The position numbers and the translations under genes are program-made. This document shows positions 1-8,994 of a stretch of DNA of 19,407 nucleotides, in pieces. This DNA is from Candidatus Kaiserbacteria bacterium CG10_big_fil_rev_8_21_14_0_10_49_17. GTDB taxonomy: Bacteria; Patescibacteriota; Minisyncoccia; Phycocordibacterales; JABMNX01. The notes under the pieces were generated by a model, which did no database searches, had not been told where the DNA came from, and saw nothing but the letters and a program-made list of their open reading frames with translations. The first letter of the stretch is position 1; each line of letters starts with the position of its first letter. Location: the NCBI GenBank assembly GCA_002778575.1, contig PFBJ01000019.1, positions 773 through 20,179 on the forward strand, given 5' to 3'.

Positions 1-3
1 TCA

Positions 4-22
4 CCACGCGCGCGGCGCGTGG
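4..22. repeat. GC-rich palindrome CCACGCGC-GCG-GCGCGTGG; the same arms recur at 19373-19389
   Basis: Perfect 8-bp inverted arms around a 3-nt centre, read directly from the sequence. Near-identical element at the other end of the window. Confidence 0.5.
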
Positions 23-83
23 CAGGTCATTCGGGGCTGTTGGTAAAATAGGTTCTGGCGGTGTTTAATAGAGGCACAGATAA

Positions 84-117
84 GAAATCGACTCATTCAG
101 GCGAATGAGTCGATTTC
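84..117 (+). terminator. Perfect 13-bp inverted-repeat hairpin (aaatcgactcatt / aatgagtcgattt, loop caggcg) followed by tttcctt. Probably the intrinsic terminator of an upstream plus-strand gene outside the window
   Basis: Stem, loop and T-rich tail read directly. No coding sequence in 1-227. Confidence 0.45.
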
Positions 118-160
118 CTTGCCCCAACAGAGCCATTTCTTGATTTTATGGCTCAACTGC

Positions 161-189
161 TTGACTTTTACTGTTTTTTATGATTAAAT
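161..189 (+). promoter_or_regulatory. Sigma70-like promoter TTGACT-N17-TTAAAT, with TG two bases upstream of the -10, for the SPFH operon
   Basis: -35 TTGACT at 161-166, 17-nt spacer, -10 TTAAAT at 184-189. SD GAAAGG sits 7 nt before the ATG at 228. Confidence 0.5.
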
Positions 190-227
190 TGTCCCAGCAG
201 AGTTCATCGAAATAGAAAGGTTCTACA

Positions 228-1367
228 ATGCCATCACGCCATCTCGAAGTTACTGAACACCCGAAAGTGTACTGGTGGGTGACCATCGGTTACGCTATCG
301 CGAACGTTCTTATCCTCCTATTCGCACTGTTCTACCTCGCCGACATCCCCATTCAAACATTTATGGGCGCGCAGTGGGACGTGCAAGAGCTGGTTTACTT
401 CCTGCTTGCCTTGTGGTTTGTGCTCTCCTTCGGCTACGTCCGAACGGAGGATATAGCCGCAATGACACTCTTCGGGTCTGGTGTCAAAAACATCTACCAG
501 CCTGGACTGAAGTTTGCAATCTTTGGCCTTCTGAAAATTACTCGATATCCTCGTGGAATTATTCAGGAGCAGTACCCGGATGAACCGGCGTACGTGCAGC
601 ACACCGACGACAAGGAGCCGCTGCAGAAAATTACAGTTGACGGAAAAGAACGGTACATGGTCCGCCCTGTTAGGATCGTTAGTGGCGGACCTAAGAGAAA
701 GGGGGCAGCCTTCGACCCGAGCAAAGAAAACATCCTCGAGTCACAAATGACAATGGATGTTTCCTGGTATACTCGCTACCGTATTGCAAATCCGCTCTGC
801 TTCCTATCCGTCATCGGCACAATCGCCGAGGCACGCAAGCAGATGCGTGACACCAGCCAACGGGTACTTTCAGAAGAGTTCGCGAAGCGGACTCCCGCCC
901 AAATTATTGGCCATCTCGAGGAGATCAATAAGAGGCTCGATAAAGAGACAGCTGAAGCGACCTCCTCCTGGGGAATTGATTTTGATGAGTCATCGGTCTT
1001 TTCTCCAGACCTCAGCCATGACCTTGCTATTGGCTTGCGTAATGTTCCGCTAAGCAAGGCGCAGGCAGTGCAAACGCGGGTAACCGCTGATGCAGAAAGA
1101 TACAGACTGACTGAAGAAGGTCTTGGTACCGCAGCGGCTCGAAAGGCCTACCTAACCGCCGAAGGCGACGGTATGCAAGAGATCGCTAAAAAGCTCGGAG
1201 TTGACGGGGCTGACGTTCTTGCGGCTGAGACAGCCAAGAAAACGGTCGGCGAATCTGATCTGGTACTTGGTGCTGATGGTCTCGCGCAGGCGCTCGGAGG
1301 TCTCATGACCGCCGGTCATGCGTTTAAGCGAGGCAAGGAGAAGAAGGCGGGTTCTGAGGAGTCATGA
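228..1367 (+). CDS. SPFH/band-7 (stomatin/HflK/C-like) membrane protein
   Basis: Two N-terminal hydrophobic segments, then an SPFH-like core (VRTEDIAAMTLFGSGVKNIYQPGLKF...), then an Ala/Glu-rich coiled-coil tail typical of HflK/C and flotillin-like proteins. Good SD. Stop overlaps the next start (ATGA). Confidence 0.7.
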   Translation: MPSRHLEVTEHPKVYWWVTIGYAIANVLILLFALFYLADIPIQTFMGAQWDVQELVYFLLALWFVLSFGYVRTEDIAAMTLFGSGVKNIYQPGLKFAIFGLLKITRYPRGIIQEQYPDEPAYVQHTDDKEPLQKITVDGKERYMVRPVRIVSGGPKRKGAAFDPSKENILESQMTMDVSWYTRYRIANPLCFLSVIGTIAEARKQMRDTSQRVLSEEFAKRTPAQIIGHLEEINKRLDKETAEATSSWGIDFDESSVFSPDLSHDLAIGLRNVPLSKAQAVQTRVTADAERYRLTEEGLGTAAARKAYLTAEGDGMQEIAKKLGVDGADVLAAETAKKTVGESDLVLGADGLAQALGGLMTAGHAFKRGKEKKAGSEES

Positions 1368-2185
1368 CAATGAGTGGCAACACAATCCTGTACGTGATTG
1401 TCGGAGTCATTCTCGTTGCTGCCCTCATAATCACGCAGCTTCGAAAACATCCGACTGCACGTGAAATGGCAAAAGGTGCCGGAAAACTTTTCGTCGCGCC
1501 AATTGTCGCACTGAAGAACGGTTCTGGTGACAGCGCAGGTAAGATTCTCGACACTATCAAGGTGCTGGGGGCAGCTGCTCTTGTCATCGGTGGCGTGATT
1601 TTCGCGCTCTACTACTTTGGTGATGATCGTCTGCGTGCAATCCTTCAGTCCTATCAATATGAAGGTATCACGGGGATTCTCTTCATCACTGCTGGTTTAC
1701 TGGTCTGGCCGGTGAAAAAAGTGGGTAAACCGCTCGGCTTCATTGCCGTCATAACCGGACTTGCATTCCTCGGTACGATTGGAGTCGTCTCAGTAATCAG
1801 TCTCTGGCCGTCTGGGCCGCCTGAAACGGCTCGTTCTACCCCAATACACACCCCTCGCCACGCAACTCGCTCGCAGTGCGATGGGGTCGTTCATTCAGTT
1901 ACGCTTAGCCGTACCAACCAGAACTTTACCTTCGTGTCGGGGAACTGTCGTTTCTTGCACGACTTGGAAATGCCGTCAAATTCGGCGGGCGACTGTGTTC
2001 GCATGAATGGCGTCCTTCAGTGCGGGGCTGGGAGGGAACAACCAATCCGTGTTGTCCCACCCTACCGTGTGCACGTCACTTTGCGTTCAACCTCTACCGG
2101 TTCCGTCACCTACAACTTTATACGGTGCCCGTGGAGAATGCCTCGCGGTGAGTGCTTTGGGAGGCTCATTGCAGGGCGGCGATAA
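1364..2185 (+). CDS. Polytopic membrane protein translationally coupled to the SPFH gene, possibly an NfeD-like partner. The C-terminal ~120 aa have atypical Arg/Cys/Ser/Thr-rich composition
   Basis: ATGA overlap with the upstream gene. About 4 predicted TM helices in the first ~150 aa. The frame stays open to 2185, and an intrinsic terminator follows at 2207-2240. The C-terminal composition is an outlier for this window, so the true end or function is uncertain. Confidence 0.5.
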   Translation: MTMSGNTILYVIVGVILVAALIITQLRKHPTAREMAKGAGKLFVAPIVALKNGSGDSAGKILDTIKVLGAAALVIGGVIFALYYFGDDRLRAILQSYQYEGITGILFITAGLLVWPVKKVGKPLGFIAVITGLAFLGTIGVVSVISLWPSGPPETARSTPIHTPRHATRSQCDGVVHSVTLSRTNQNFTFVSGNCRFLHDLEMPSNSAGDCVRMNGVLQCGAGREQPIRVVPPYRVHVTLRSTSTGSVTYNFIRCPWRMPRGECFGRLIAGRR

Positions 2186-2206
2186 TAACCTTTCAAAACT
2201 CACAAT

Positions 2207-2240
2207 GCTCGTGCGCAAGCCGCACGGGCATTCTTTTTTT
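2207..2240 (+). terminator. Intrinsic terminator: 9-bp stem gctCGTGCG-caagc-CGCACGggc, then ttcttttttt. It sits between the convergent plus gene and the minus-strand pilin-like array
   Basis: Hairpin plus an 8-T tract read directly. An A-run on the other side allows some bidirectional function. Confidence 0.6.
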
Positions 2241-2246
2241 CCAATA

Positions 2247-2495
2247 CTAGAGACTAAATACAGTCGCGCGGATGAAGTAAATAATGCCTTGAACTGAGAC
2301 AATAATGAACATCCCCACAATACCCCAGAGCATATGCCGCTTGCCGGTTGTTCTTCCTTCGTCTTGGTCAGCCTTCCAGATAAATACGGTTAAGCCCCAC
2401 ATGAAGAAGAAAAGGGCCACAGCAAAAAGGAGGTACGCGATCGGGTCAAGGATATTCACCACTATCTTCTCCATTAACTGGGAAGCATAGGACAT
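2247..2495 (-). CDS. Small two-TM membrane protein, paralog A of a tandem pilin-like (TrbC/VirB2-like?) family
   Basis: 82 aa, two hydrophobic helices separated by a charged loop (KADQDEGRTTGKRHMLWGIVGMFIIVSVQG). Shares the I/M-x-W-G...F-x-V-S-x-x-G motif with the three upstream paralogs. Only 5 nt after the previous gene. Confidence 0.6.
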   Translation of the reverse strand: MSYASQLMEKIVVNILDPIAYLLFAVALFFFMWGLTVFIWKADQDEGRTTGKRHMLWGIVGMFIIVSVQGIIYFIRATVFSL

Positions 2496-2500
2496 AGCGG

Positions 2501-2845
2501 CTACTTAATGTTCACTGTCGGAGCGTCAATCGTAGAGTCCTTACTGATGTTGAATGTATCCTGAAGCAGTCGCACCAATCCCCATACGGAGACCATCACG
2601 AAAAGCGCAATAATTCCCCATATCATGATATTGCGACCTTCTTCTTGTTTATCCGCATCTCCGGCTGAGAAGATGTACTTCATCAAGCCCCAGAAGAATG
2701 CCAAGACCGCAAGCGCAAGCACAATCGGAATCGCAGATGAGATGAGCGTTCCGACTGTCTGTAGTACTCCTTGCAGCCCTGTTGCTGCAAATGCAAACGA
2801 AGGAAGCGCAAGAAGTGCTGCAACGGCTAATGTAATTCTCTTCAT
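2501..2845 (-). CDS. Small secreted/two-TM membrane protein, paralog B of the pilin-like family
   Basis: 114 aa. Signal peptide (MKRITLAVAALLALPSFAFA), then hydrophobic segment, loop GDADKQEEGRNIMIWGIIALFVMVSVWGLVRLLQDTF, and a second hydrophobic segment. Same architecture as VirB2/TrbC-type pilins. Confidence 0.65.
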   Translation of the reverse strand: MKRITLAVAALLALPSFAFAATGLQGVLQTVGTLISSAIPIVLALAVLAFFWGLMKYIFSAGDADKQEEGRNIMIWGIIALFVMVSVWGLVRLLQDTFNISKDSTIDAPTVNIK

Positions 2846-2934
2846 TACTTTGAATTGTTTATGAATAACGACCTATTGTGTACATACATGGTAAGCGGAA
2901 CAACCGCCCCCCGCAATAGTCTAATGTGGATTCC

Positions 2935-3174
2935 TCAAAGAAGAAACGTGTTTTGTAAAAGCGTGAGAATGCCCCAGATTGAGACCATAAAGAAAAGAGC
3001 CACGACCCCCCAAATCATAATGTCTTTCGCTGACTTCCGGCTCTCCTCACTTCCAAATGAAAAGCTGTACTTTGCGATGCCGAAAAAGAGCCCGAGCACC
3101 GCTATACCAAGAAGAATCGGAATAGCTATATTTATAAGTTTAACAATACTGCCGACGAGGGTCGCGATGGTCAT
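2935..3174 (-). CDS. Small two-TM membrane protein, paralog C of the pilin-like family
   Basis: 79 aa. AKDIMIWGVVALFFMVSIWGILTLLQNTF is nearly identical in pattern to paralog B. 1-nt gap to the upstream gene. Confidence 0.65.
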   Translation of the reverse strand: MTIATLVGSIVKLINIAIPILLGIAVLGLFFGIAKYSFSFGSEESRKSAKDIMIWGVVALFFMVSIWGILTLLQNTFLL

Positions 3175-3175
3175 A

Positions 3176-3550
3176 TTATCGTATGCTCTTTATTGTTGTA
3201 TCTATCAATTCAGCAATTACCTTAGCGCCTATAAATACAGCGATGCCCACCAACGTCCACAGAAAGGTACTTTTTGCATTCTTGAGTTTTTCTTCACTTC
3301 CTTGTGCGGTGACAAACAGAAAACCAGCGTAAATGATAAAAAGTGCGGCAATTGGAAGTCCAATTACGATAATCGCATCGAGGAGGACATTAATAAATTG
3401 CGGAATGGTGGAAACGCCACTGAGCGGATTCTGCAATCCTCCTCCGGGACTTCCGCCAGTAACGTTTTCTGTCGCGGCTCCCGCTAAGAATGGCACGAGA
3501 AGTACGAGGCTTGACCCCGCTGTAATAGCAATACTGCGAAATAACTTCAT
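3176..3550 (-). CDS. Small secreted/two-TM membrane protein, paralog D of the pilin-like family. Start trimmed to the internal ATG at 3550
   Basis: The signal-peptide-like N-terminus MKLFRSIAITAGSSLVLLVPFLAGAA begins at the ATG at 3550, which also avoids overlap with the upstream SBP gene. Gly-rich loop, then two hydrophobic helices. Confidence 0.6.
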   Translation of the reverse strand: MKLFRSIAITAGSSLVLLVPFLAGAATENVTGGSPGGGLQNPLSGVSTIPQFINVLLDAIIVIGLPIAALFIIYAGFLFVTAQGSEEKLKNAKSTFLWTLVGIAVFIGAKVIAELIDTTIKSIR

Positions 3551-3560
3551 ACCCCTAATC

Positions 3561-4871
3561 TTACCGCTCAAGTAAACTATTGAGAAGCGCCGAACCTTCA
3601 CTAATGGCCTCCGAGATGCGGAATCTGCCTGATGTCACGGATTCAATCATCCCCCGAAAGAGCGCCTCGGTTTCAACTGGGTCCGGATCACGGAAATTAC
3701 GCGCTGCAATTGCCGCATTGTAAAAGACCGTATCAAACGGATCGTCAGTGGAGCGGGAAAGTATATCGCGTCGCGGTGAAGGAAGGCCGGTCAATTCTGA
3801 AAAGAGAATACTCCCCTCTTCCGCCACCATAAGCGCGATGAGTTGGAGTGCTCCATCCGGATTACTGGAGCCTTTTGGAATTGCAAGACCTGTCATTCGC
3901 CCATACGAGACAACACTGGCATCGCGGGCCTGCGGGGCTAATGCGACATCAAAGTTTAAATTCGGATTCTGAGCGCGAATGCTCTGTATTTCACTTGCAA
4001 AACCAAGGTACATTGCAAGTTTCCCTCCGATAAATGCGGCGCGTGCTTCAGGAAGCGCGCGATTCCACGTATACACTGTCTTTGACGGATTTGAGAAGTC
4101 AGTGTAGAAACGCAGCGCCGTGACCGCCGGCGCTTCGGTGTTAGCAAAATCGTTACGATCCAAGTCCGAGGTGTGCCGTCCACTCGTATCGGTTGCCACA
4201 ATGGAAGAACCCGCCTGCATCATTAGTAGCGCGAGAATCTCTTTTGCGTGCGCAATATTTTGATACTCACCGAGTGCGATTGTGCTTTGGAATATGTTGC
4301 TTGCGGCATCTCGCGTTGTGAGGCGCTCGCTTGCAAGCACCTGCACCTCGTCCCAGTACCGAGGAGCGCGCGCCACACCCGAACCAGAAAAGATCGAACG
4401 ATTCCAGTACAGCACCATCGGATCAATGCTTATTGGGAATGCCAGAACCCCCGCGTCAGTTAAAAAAAGTTCTCCTTCCTCGATAAAAGTATCTTTGTAG
4501 TCCCGCTCAGAGAGGAAATCGTACGAAGCAGGGAGAAGTTTGTCACGGTGCTTGTGCGCAAGTGCTTGGTTTAGGAAAAACACATCCGGTCCACGTTGCG
4601 CCGCGAGCGCCTCAATGAGGTCCTGCTCGTAGGTGCGTGGATTCTTCTCAACGTACTCAACCGAATCCAAAAGCTCAGTATTATCACCAGCAAGTGCGCT
4701 GAAGTAGTCGAGCATTGCTGTCTTTGAGTATGTCCCCCACACTGTTACTTGGCCAACCTGCACCGTATCTCTGCCTAAACCACCGACTCCCGCAAATACA
4801 AGCACTCCGATGACTCCCATAACAGAGAAGAACCCTATGACACCGACTTGAAAAATACTGAGCTTTTTCAT
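3561..4871 (-). CDS. Extracellular solute-binding protein, ABC-transporter family-1 (MalE-like) fold, membrane-anchored
   Basis: N-terminal TM anchor. Pattern matches the N-lobe of periplasmic sugar-binding proteins (VTVWG...GPDVFF...A...). 436 aa. No permease or ATPase genes adjacent in the window. Confidence 0.65.
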   Translation of the reverse strand: MKKLSIFQVGVIGFFSVMGVIGVLVFAGVGGLGRDTVQVGQVTVWGTYSKTAMLDYFSALAGDNTELLDSVEYVEKNPRTYEQDLIEALAAQRGPDVFFLNQALAHKHRDKLLPASYDFLSERDYKDTFIEEGELFLTDAGVLAFPISIDPMVLYWNRSIFSGSGVARAPRYWDEVQVLASERLTTRDAASNIFQSTIALGEYQNIAHAKEILALLMMQAGSSIVATDTSGRHTSDLDRNDFANTEAPAVTALRFYTDFSNPSKTVYTWNRALPEARAAFIGGKLAMYLGFASEIQSIRAQNPNLNFDVALAPQARDASVVSYGRMTGLAIPKGSSNPDGALQLIALMVAEEGSILFSELTGLPSPRRDILSRSTDDPFDTVFYNAAIAARNFRDPDPVETEALFRGMIESVTSGRFRISEAISEGSALLNSLLER

Positions 4872-5395
4872 TTCTCTAACACTATACCGTAATGATGCGC
4901 GCCAGGCTCGAACTCCTCAACAACAGAAAGACCCGCGTGGGTAAAGAGCTCACGCGCGCTTTTTTTGCTCACGACTGCATCAGGCGCCGGTCCGAGTCCT
5001 TTGAATGAATCACTCCAGTCAATAAGAAGGAGTTTCCCTTCTTTTTTGAGCACTCGGTAAATTTCGAGTGCCGCCTCCGCCGGTTTCTCGAGCTGAAAGA
5101 GCGTATTAGAGAGAATAAGAGCGTCAATTGAGTCACTTTCAATATTCGAGCCTCCCGGCTCATCGATATCGCCCCATAGTATTTCTACCTGCTCTAGCCC
5201 TGCCGATTGTGCCTCATTTTTTATCTTGCGAAGCAGTTCTCGGTCAATATCAACCGCAATAACCAGTCCGCGCGAGCCGACACGCTCTGCCACTAAGAAT
5301 GTGTACGCGCCGGAGCCGGCACCGAAATCAGCTACGCGCATTCCTTCACGCACCGTAAGTGCTCGGATTGCTTTTTCCGGTTCTACAAATGCCAT
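4868..5395 (-). CDS. Class I SAM-dependent methyltransferase
   Basis: Motif I VADFGAGSGAYT and motif post-I VIAVDID. 175 aa. ATGA overlap with the downstream SBP gene. Confidence 0.8.
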   Translation of the reverse strand: MAFVEPEKAIRALTVREGMRVADFGAGSGAYTFLVAERVGSRGLVIAVDIDRELLRKIKNEAQSAGLEQVEILWGDIDEPGGSNIESDSIDALILSNTLFQLEKPAEAALEIYRVLKKEGKLLLIDWSDSFKGLGPAPDAVVSKKSARELFTHAGLSVVEEFEPGAHHYGIVLEK

Positions 5396-5454
5396 ATATA
5401 ACGGTAGTATACCTGCTTTTAATGATATTCGTGCGTGCGTGTGGGGATTGAGAC

Positions 5455-7923
5455 CTACACACAGATAAATGAAGCAATCTTGTCTCCCGCTCGCAATTTC
5501 ATTACGCGCACACCTTGTGTCTGCCTGCCGAGCGTCGGAATCTCATTTTGGTCAATCCGTATCACTTGCCCTTTCTGTGAAATAGCGACAAGCTCTCCTT
5601 CTTCTTTCGCATCAACGACAGCCGCGGTAATAAGATCTCCTGTCTTTGCAGAGACATTAGCGGTTTTAATACCGGAGCCGCCTCTCTTTTGGACTTTGTA
5701 TTCCGAAAGCGGCGTTTTCTTTCCGTAGCCAGTCTCTGAAAGCACCATGAGTTCTGGCTTTTGCATTGTGGTGCTTCGAGCCACTCCTGCGCCGATAATG
5801 TTATCCCCTTTTGAGAGCTTTATCGCGCGAACCCCCGCGGCAGAACGCCCCATCGCACGTACATCTTTTTCATTAAAGCGTATTGACTGGCCTTTTGCGG
5901 TAACAATCGAAACAGTATCCTTCTCTCCAACAAAATGCGTGCTAATAAGCTCGTCTCCGGTAGCAAGTTTTATCGCAATAAGTCCGCTGCGGCGCACCTC
6001 TTGGAAACTTGTCGCGTCCACTTTTTTTACAACTCCTTCTTTCGTCACCATCATTAAGTGCCACTCCCCTTTCTTGTAGGTAGAACTGATCGGCAAAACA
6101 GAAGTAACCCGCTCATTTTGGTCAAGCGAAATGAAATTCATTATTGATTTACCCTTTGTCGCGCGGCGACCCTCCGGCAACTCATACATTTTCATTTGGT
6201 ACGCCTTGCCACGGTCAGTAAAGAACAGGAGGTCGCTGTGTGTTGAGGCCGTCAGCATTGTGGTGACGAAGTCTTCCTCTTTCGTATTGAGGTCTATAAC
6301 ACCCACACCGCCGCGCTTCTGCTTCCGAAACTCATCAGGACTCGTGCGTTTAATGTAGCCGCCTTTTGTGAGCACCATGACACTCTCCTCGTCTGGCACC
6401 AGATCTTCAAGGGAAAGCGACTTTACTGGCTGCGTAACAATTTTTGTACGCCGCTCATCGCCAAATTTCTCAGCGACGGCTACGAGCTCATCGCGCACAA
6501 CGCCAAGAATTTTCTTCTCACTTGCAAGGAGCGTCTTGAGTGCTTTGATAAGCGCTTGAATGTCTTTTAATTCATCTTCAATCTTTTTCCGCTCAAGTCC
6601 CGCAAGCTTTTGCAATCGCATTTCAAGAATTGCGGTCGCCTGGATCTCGGAAAATGCAAACTGCTTCATCAGTGCGGCATGCGCGCTTGATACGTCCAAA
6701 GCCTTCTTAATCAACTTGATAATCTCATCGATGTGATCGAGCGCTTTCTTAAGCCCGAGAAGAATGTGTTCGCGCGCTTCTGCTTTCGCAAGATCGAAAC
6801 GAGCACGACGGGTGATGACTTCGACACGGTGCTTTATAAACGCCTCAAGCACACTCTTTAAAGAAAGGGTCTGCGGTACCCCATCAACGAGCGCCACCAT
6901 ATTGTAGTGAAAGGTTTCCTCGAGTTGCGTGTGCTTGTAGAGGTAATTGAGGATATTTTGCGGATGTCCTGAACCTTTGAGGTCTATTACCACTCGGATG
7001 TCATCGGTCGATTCATCTCGAATGTCTTTAATGCCGTCAATCTTTTTGTCCCGAACGAGGTCCGCGATTTTTATCAAAAGTTCTGCTTTATTTACACGAA
7101 ACGGGATGGACGTAATAATAATGTGCGCGGCTCCTTTCTTATCTTCTGTTATCTCTGCAACCCCACGCACAACAACACCACCGCGCCCTGTGGCATACGC
7201 TTGCTCGATATCTTTCTTATTAAATGCAATACCACCCACGGGAAAATCAGGGCCGTGCACGAACTGAAGCAAATCATCAGTAGTCGCCTTGGGGTTTTCA
7301 ATCAAGTGCACTGTGGCATCGCACACTTCACGGAGATTGTGGGGCGGAATATTGGTAGCCATTCCAACCGCAATACCGAGCGTGCCGTTTAGCAGTAACT
7401 GTGGAACCGCCGCGGGAAGCACTGCAGGCTCAAGCTTTGTCGCATCGTAATTTGGTTTAAAATCAACCGTATCTTTTTCAATGTCACGAAGAAGCTCACC
7501 GGAGAGCTTGTCCATTTTCGCTTCAGTGTAGCGCATCGCGGCAGGCGGGTCGCCGTCAATGGAGCCGAAGTTCCCTTGCCCGTCAACAAGCGTGTAGCGT
7601 GTATTAAAATCCTGCGCCAGCTTTGCGAGCGCGTCGTAAATTGCACTGTCTCCGTGCGGGTGGTATTTACCCATCACATCTCCGACGACTGCCGCCGACT
7701 TTCGGTAACGGGCATTTGATGAGAGCCCCATCTGGTGCATGGTGTAGAGAATGCGTCGGTGTACCGGCTTAAGCCCGTCACGCACATCAGGAAGCGCGCG
7801 GCTCGTAATAACCGACATCGCATAGTCAAGGTATGACTCTTTCATTTCAGAGCTAATGCTCTGCTCTACGACACGTGCGCCCGCTTGCTTTGCGGGCTCT
7901 TTTTCGCTCTCTTTTTTAGCCAT
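5455..7923 (-). CDS. gyrA: DNA gyrase subunit A
   Basis: [34 protein letters not shown]-region motif, active-site [10 protein letters not shown], GyrA-box-like C-terminal beta-pinwheel repeats. 822 aa. Confidence 0.97.
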   Translation of the reverse strand: MAKKESEKEPAKQAGARVVEQSISSEMKESYLDYAMSVITSRALPDVRDGLKPVHRRILYTMHQMGLSSNARYRKSAAVVGDVMGKYHPHGDSAIYDALAKLAQDFNTRYTLVDGQGNFGSIDGDPPAAMRYTEAKMDKLSGELLRDIEKDTVDFKPNYDATKLEPAVLPAAVPQLLLNGTLGIAVGMATNIPPHNLREVCDATVHLIENPKATTDDLLQFVHGPDFPVGGIAFNKKDIEQAYATGRGGVVVRGVAEITEDKKGAAHIIITSIPFRVNKAELLIKIADLVRDKKIDGIKDIRDESTDDIRVVIDLKGSGHPQNILNYLYKHTQLEETFHYNMVALVDGVPQTLSLKSVLEAFIKHRVEVITRRARFDLAKAEAREHILLGLKKALDHIDEIIKLIKKALDVSSAHAALMKQFAFSEIQATAILEMRLQKLAGLERKKIEDELKDIQALIKALKTLLASEKKILGVVRDELVAVAEKFGDERRTKIVTQPVKSLSLEDLVPDEESVMVLTKGGYIKRTSPDEFRKQKRGGVGVIDLNTKEEDFVTTMLTASTHSDLLFFTDRGKAYQMKMYELPEGRRATKGKSIMNFISLDQNERVTSVLPISSTYKKGEWHLMMVTKEGVVKKVDATSFQEVRRSGLIAIKLATGDELISTHFVGEKDTVSIVTAKGQSIRFNEKDVRAMGRSAAGVRAIKLSKGDNIIGAGVARSTTMQKPELMVLSETGYGKKTPLSEYKVQKRGGSGIKTANVSAKTGDLITAAVVDAKEEGELVAISQKGQVIRIDQNEIPTLGRQTQGVRVMKLRAGDKIASFICV

Positions 7924-7932
7924 ATAACAGCT

Positions 7933-8295
7933 CTATTCTACCAAATCCTGAGGCTCTTCGCCAGCTTCAATAACTCCGTTTTCAGCGGTTGTACTCGCCT
8001 GAGGTTGTGGAATTGCCGTATCGGCGAATGTCTCTTGAATATCCTCGCCGGCTGTTGAAAATTGCTCCTGCAGGTCTGCGACAAATGCATTGAAGCCCGC
8101 GGAGCTTTCTGTCGTCTCACGTTCTGGAAATGTAACTGTCTCCAAACTACTTCTAAAATCAACAAGCCAAAACAAGAAAATAGCGAGCGTGATACTGCCG
8201 GCAACGCTAAATACTATAGTCTGCTTTTGATGCGCGGGTCGTGCCCGCACATTTTCAAGTATCTTAAAAAACATATTTTCGATACCGTTACGCAC
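7933..8295 (-). CDS. Hypothetical single-pass membrane protein with acidic C-terminal tail. The true start may be the ATG at 8274
   Basis: The ORF-track start at 8295 is GTG and overlaps the upstream gene by 8 nt. An in-frame ATG at 8274 gives MFFKILENV.... One TM helix (IVFSVAGSITLAIFLFWLV). No recognisable domain. Confidence 0.45.
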   Translation of the reverse strand: MRNGIENMFFKILENVRARPAHQKQTIVFSVAGSITLAIFLFWLVDFRSSLETVTFPERETTESSAGFNAFVADLQEQFSTAGEDIQETFADTAIPQPQASTTAENGVIEAGEEPQDLVE

Positions 8296-8920
8296 TGAGC
8301 AACACCACCTCGCCCGAGAGCGCTTCGGCCTCTTTTTGTTTAATGGTGAGTTTCTCTATCGGCTTCAGATTTTCAGAACCTGACTCCTTTAAAAATGTTT
8401 CGAGCGCTTTCTTCTCGCCGATCTCGCCGTAGTGAATCGGTACCACAATATGCGCTTCAAGCTTCACCGCGATGTCGTGCGCGTGCTTGGCGTCGAGCAC
8501 GCCATCTCCTCCGATTGGCACACACAAAACATGCACGGTATCGATGGATTCGAGTACTTTCGCGTCAATATCTTTTGTGCCAAGTGCCCCGAGAAAAAGA
8601 ATATCCATTCCTTCAAGTGTCACCTGATATATCGTGTTGGGTCTATTCGCGCCATTGTAATTTGAAATAGACGGAAAACCGTGCACAACGACACTGCCAA
8701 CTTCGTACTCACCGGGGCCAGTAATAACAAACGGTTCTTTTTCACCGTGCGTCACCTGCTCGACTCCATTCATGTCTGGGTCGTTGATAGAAATAAGCGC
8801 GACATCAGCGCCAAATCGAGCTCCTTTTAGTTTTGAATTCTTTGAAATGGGATTAAATGCAATCGTCGTTGAACCGACGCTCGCTTTAATACATTCTCCG
8901 CCATGGTAGGTGATAACCAT
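8288..8920 (-). CDS. Metallo-beta-lactamase-fold metal-dependent hydrolase (UPF0173-like)
   Basis: MVITYHGGECIKA...DP... N-terminus and overall pattern match the small MBL-fold hydrolase family. HxHxDH-equivalent region AKHAHDIAV. 210 aa. Confidence 0.7.
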   Translation of the reverse strand: MVITYHGGECIKASVGSTTIAFNPISKNSKLKGARFGADVALISINDPDMNGVEQVTHGEKEPFVITGPGEYEVGSVVVHGFPSISNYNGANRPNTIYQVTLEGMDILFLGALGTKDIDAKVLESIDTVHVLCVPIGGDGVLDAKHAHDIAVKLEAHIVVPIHYGEIGEKKALETFLKESGSENLKPIEKLTIKQKEAEALSGEVVLLSA

Positions 8921-8959
8921 ATGCGTGAGTATAGCAGATTTTATCCCTCAAACAGACTA

Positions 8960-8987
8960 TTGACACTAAACCTTCATTTCGTATAGT
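8960..8987 (+). promoter_or_regulatory. Near-consensus sigma70 promoter TTGACA-N16-TATAGT driving the GC-rich non-coding island
   Basis: TTGACA at 8960-8965 and TATAGT at 8982-8987, read directly. Predicted TSS about 8994. A minus-strand TATACT box (8933-8928) for the hydrolase gene lies just upstream, so this is a divergent promoter region. Confidence 0.65.
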
Positions 8988-8994
8988 TAAAGAG

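Noticed and set aside
3176-3601. Longer ORF-track version of pilin-like paralog D starting at 3601
   Set aside because: It would overlap the upstream SBP gene by 41 nt and add a non-signal-peptide N-terminus. The internal ATG at 3550 begins a canonical signal-peptide-like segment.
5396-5454. (GTGC)-rich simple sequence gtgcgtgcgtgtgg in the gyrA-methyltransferase intergenic region
   Set aside because: Too short (3-4 units) to be a meaningful repeat or CRISPR/VNTR. Probably promoter-region background.
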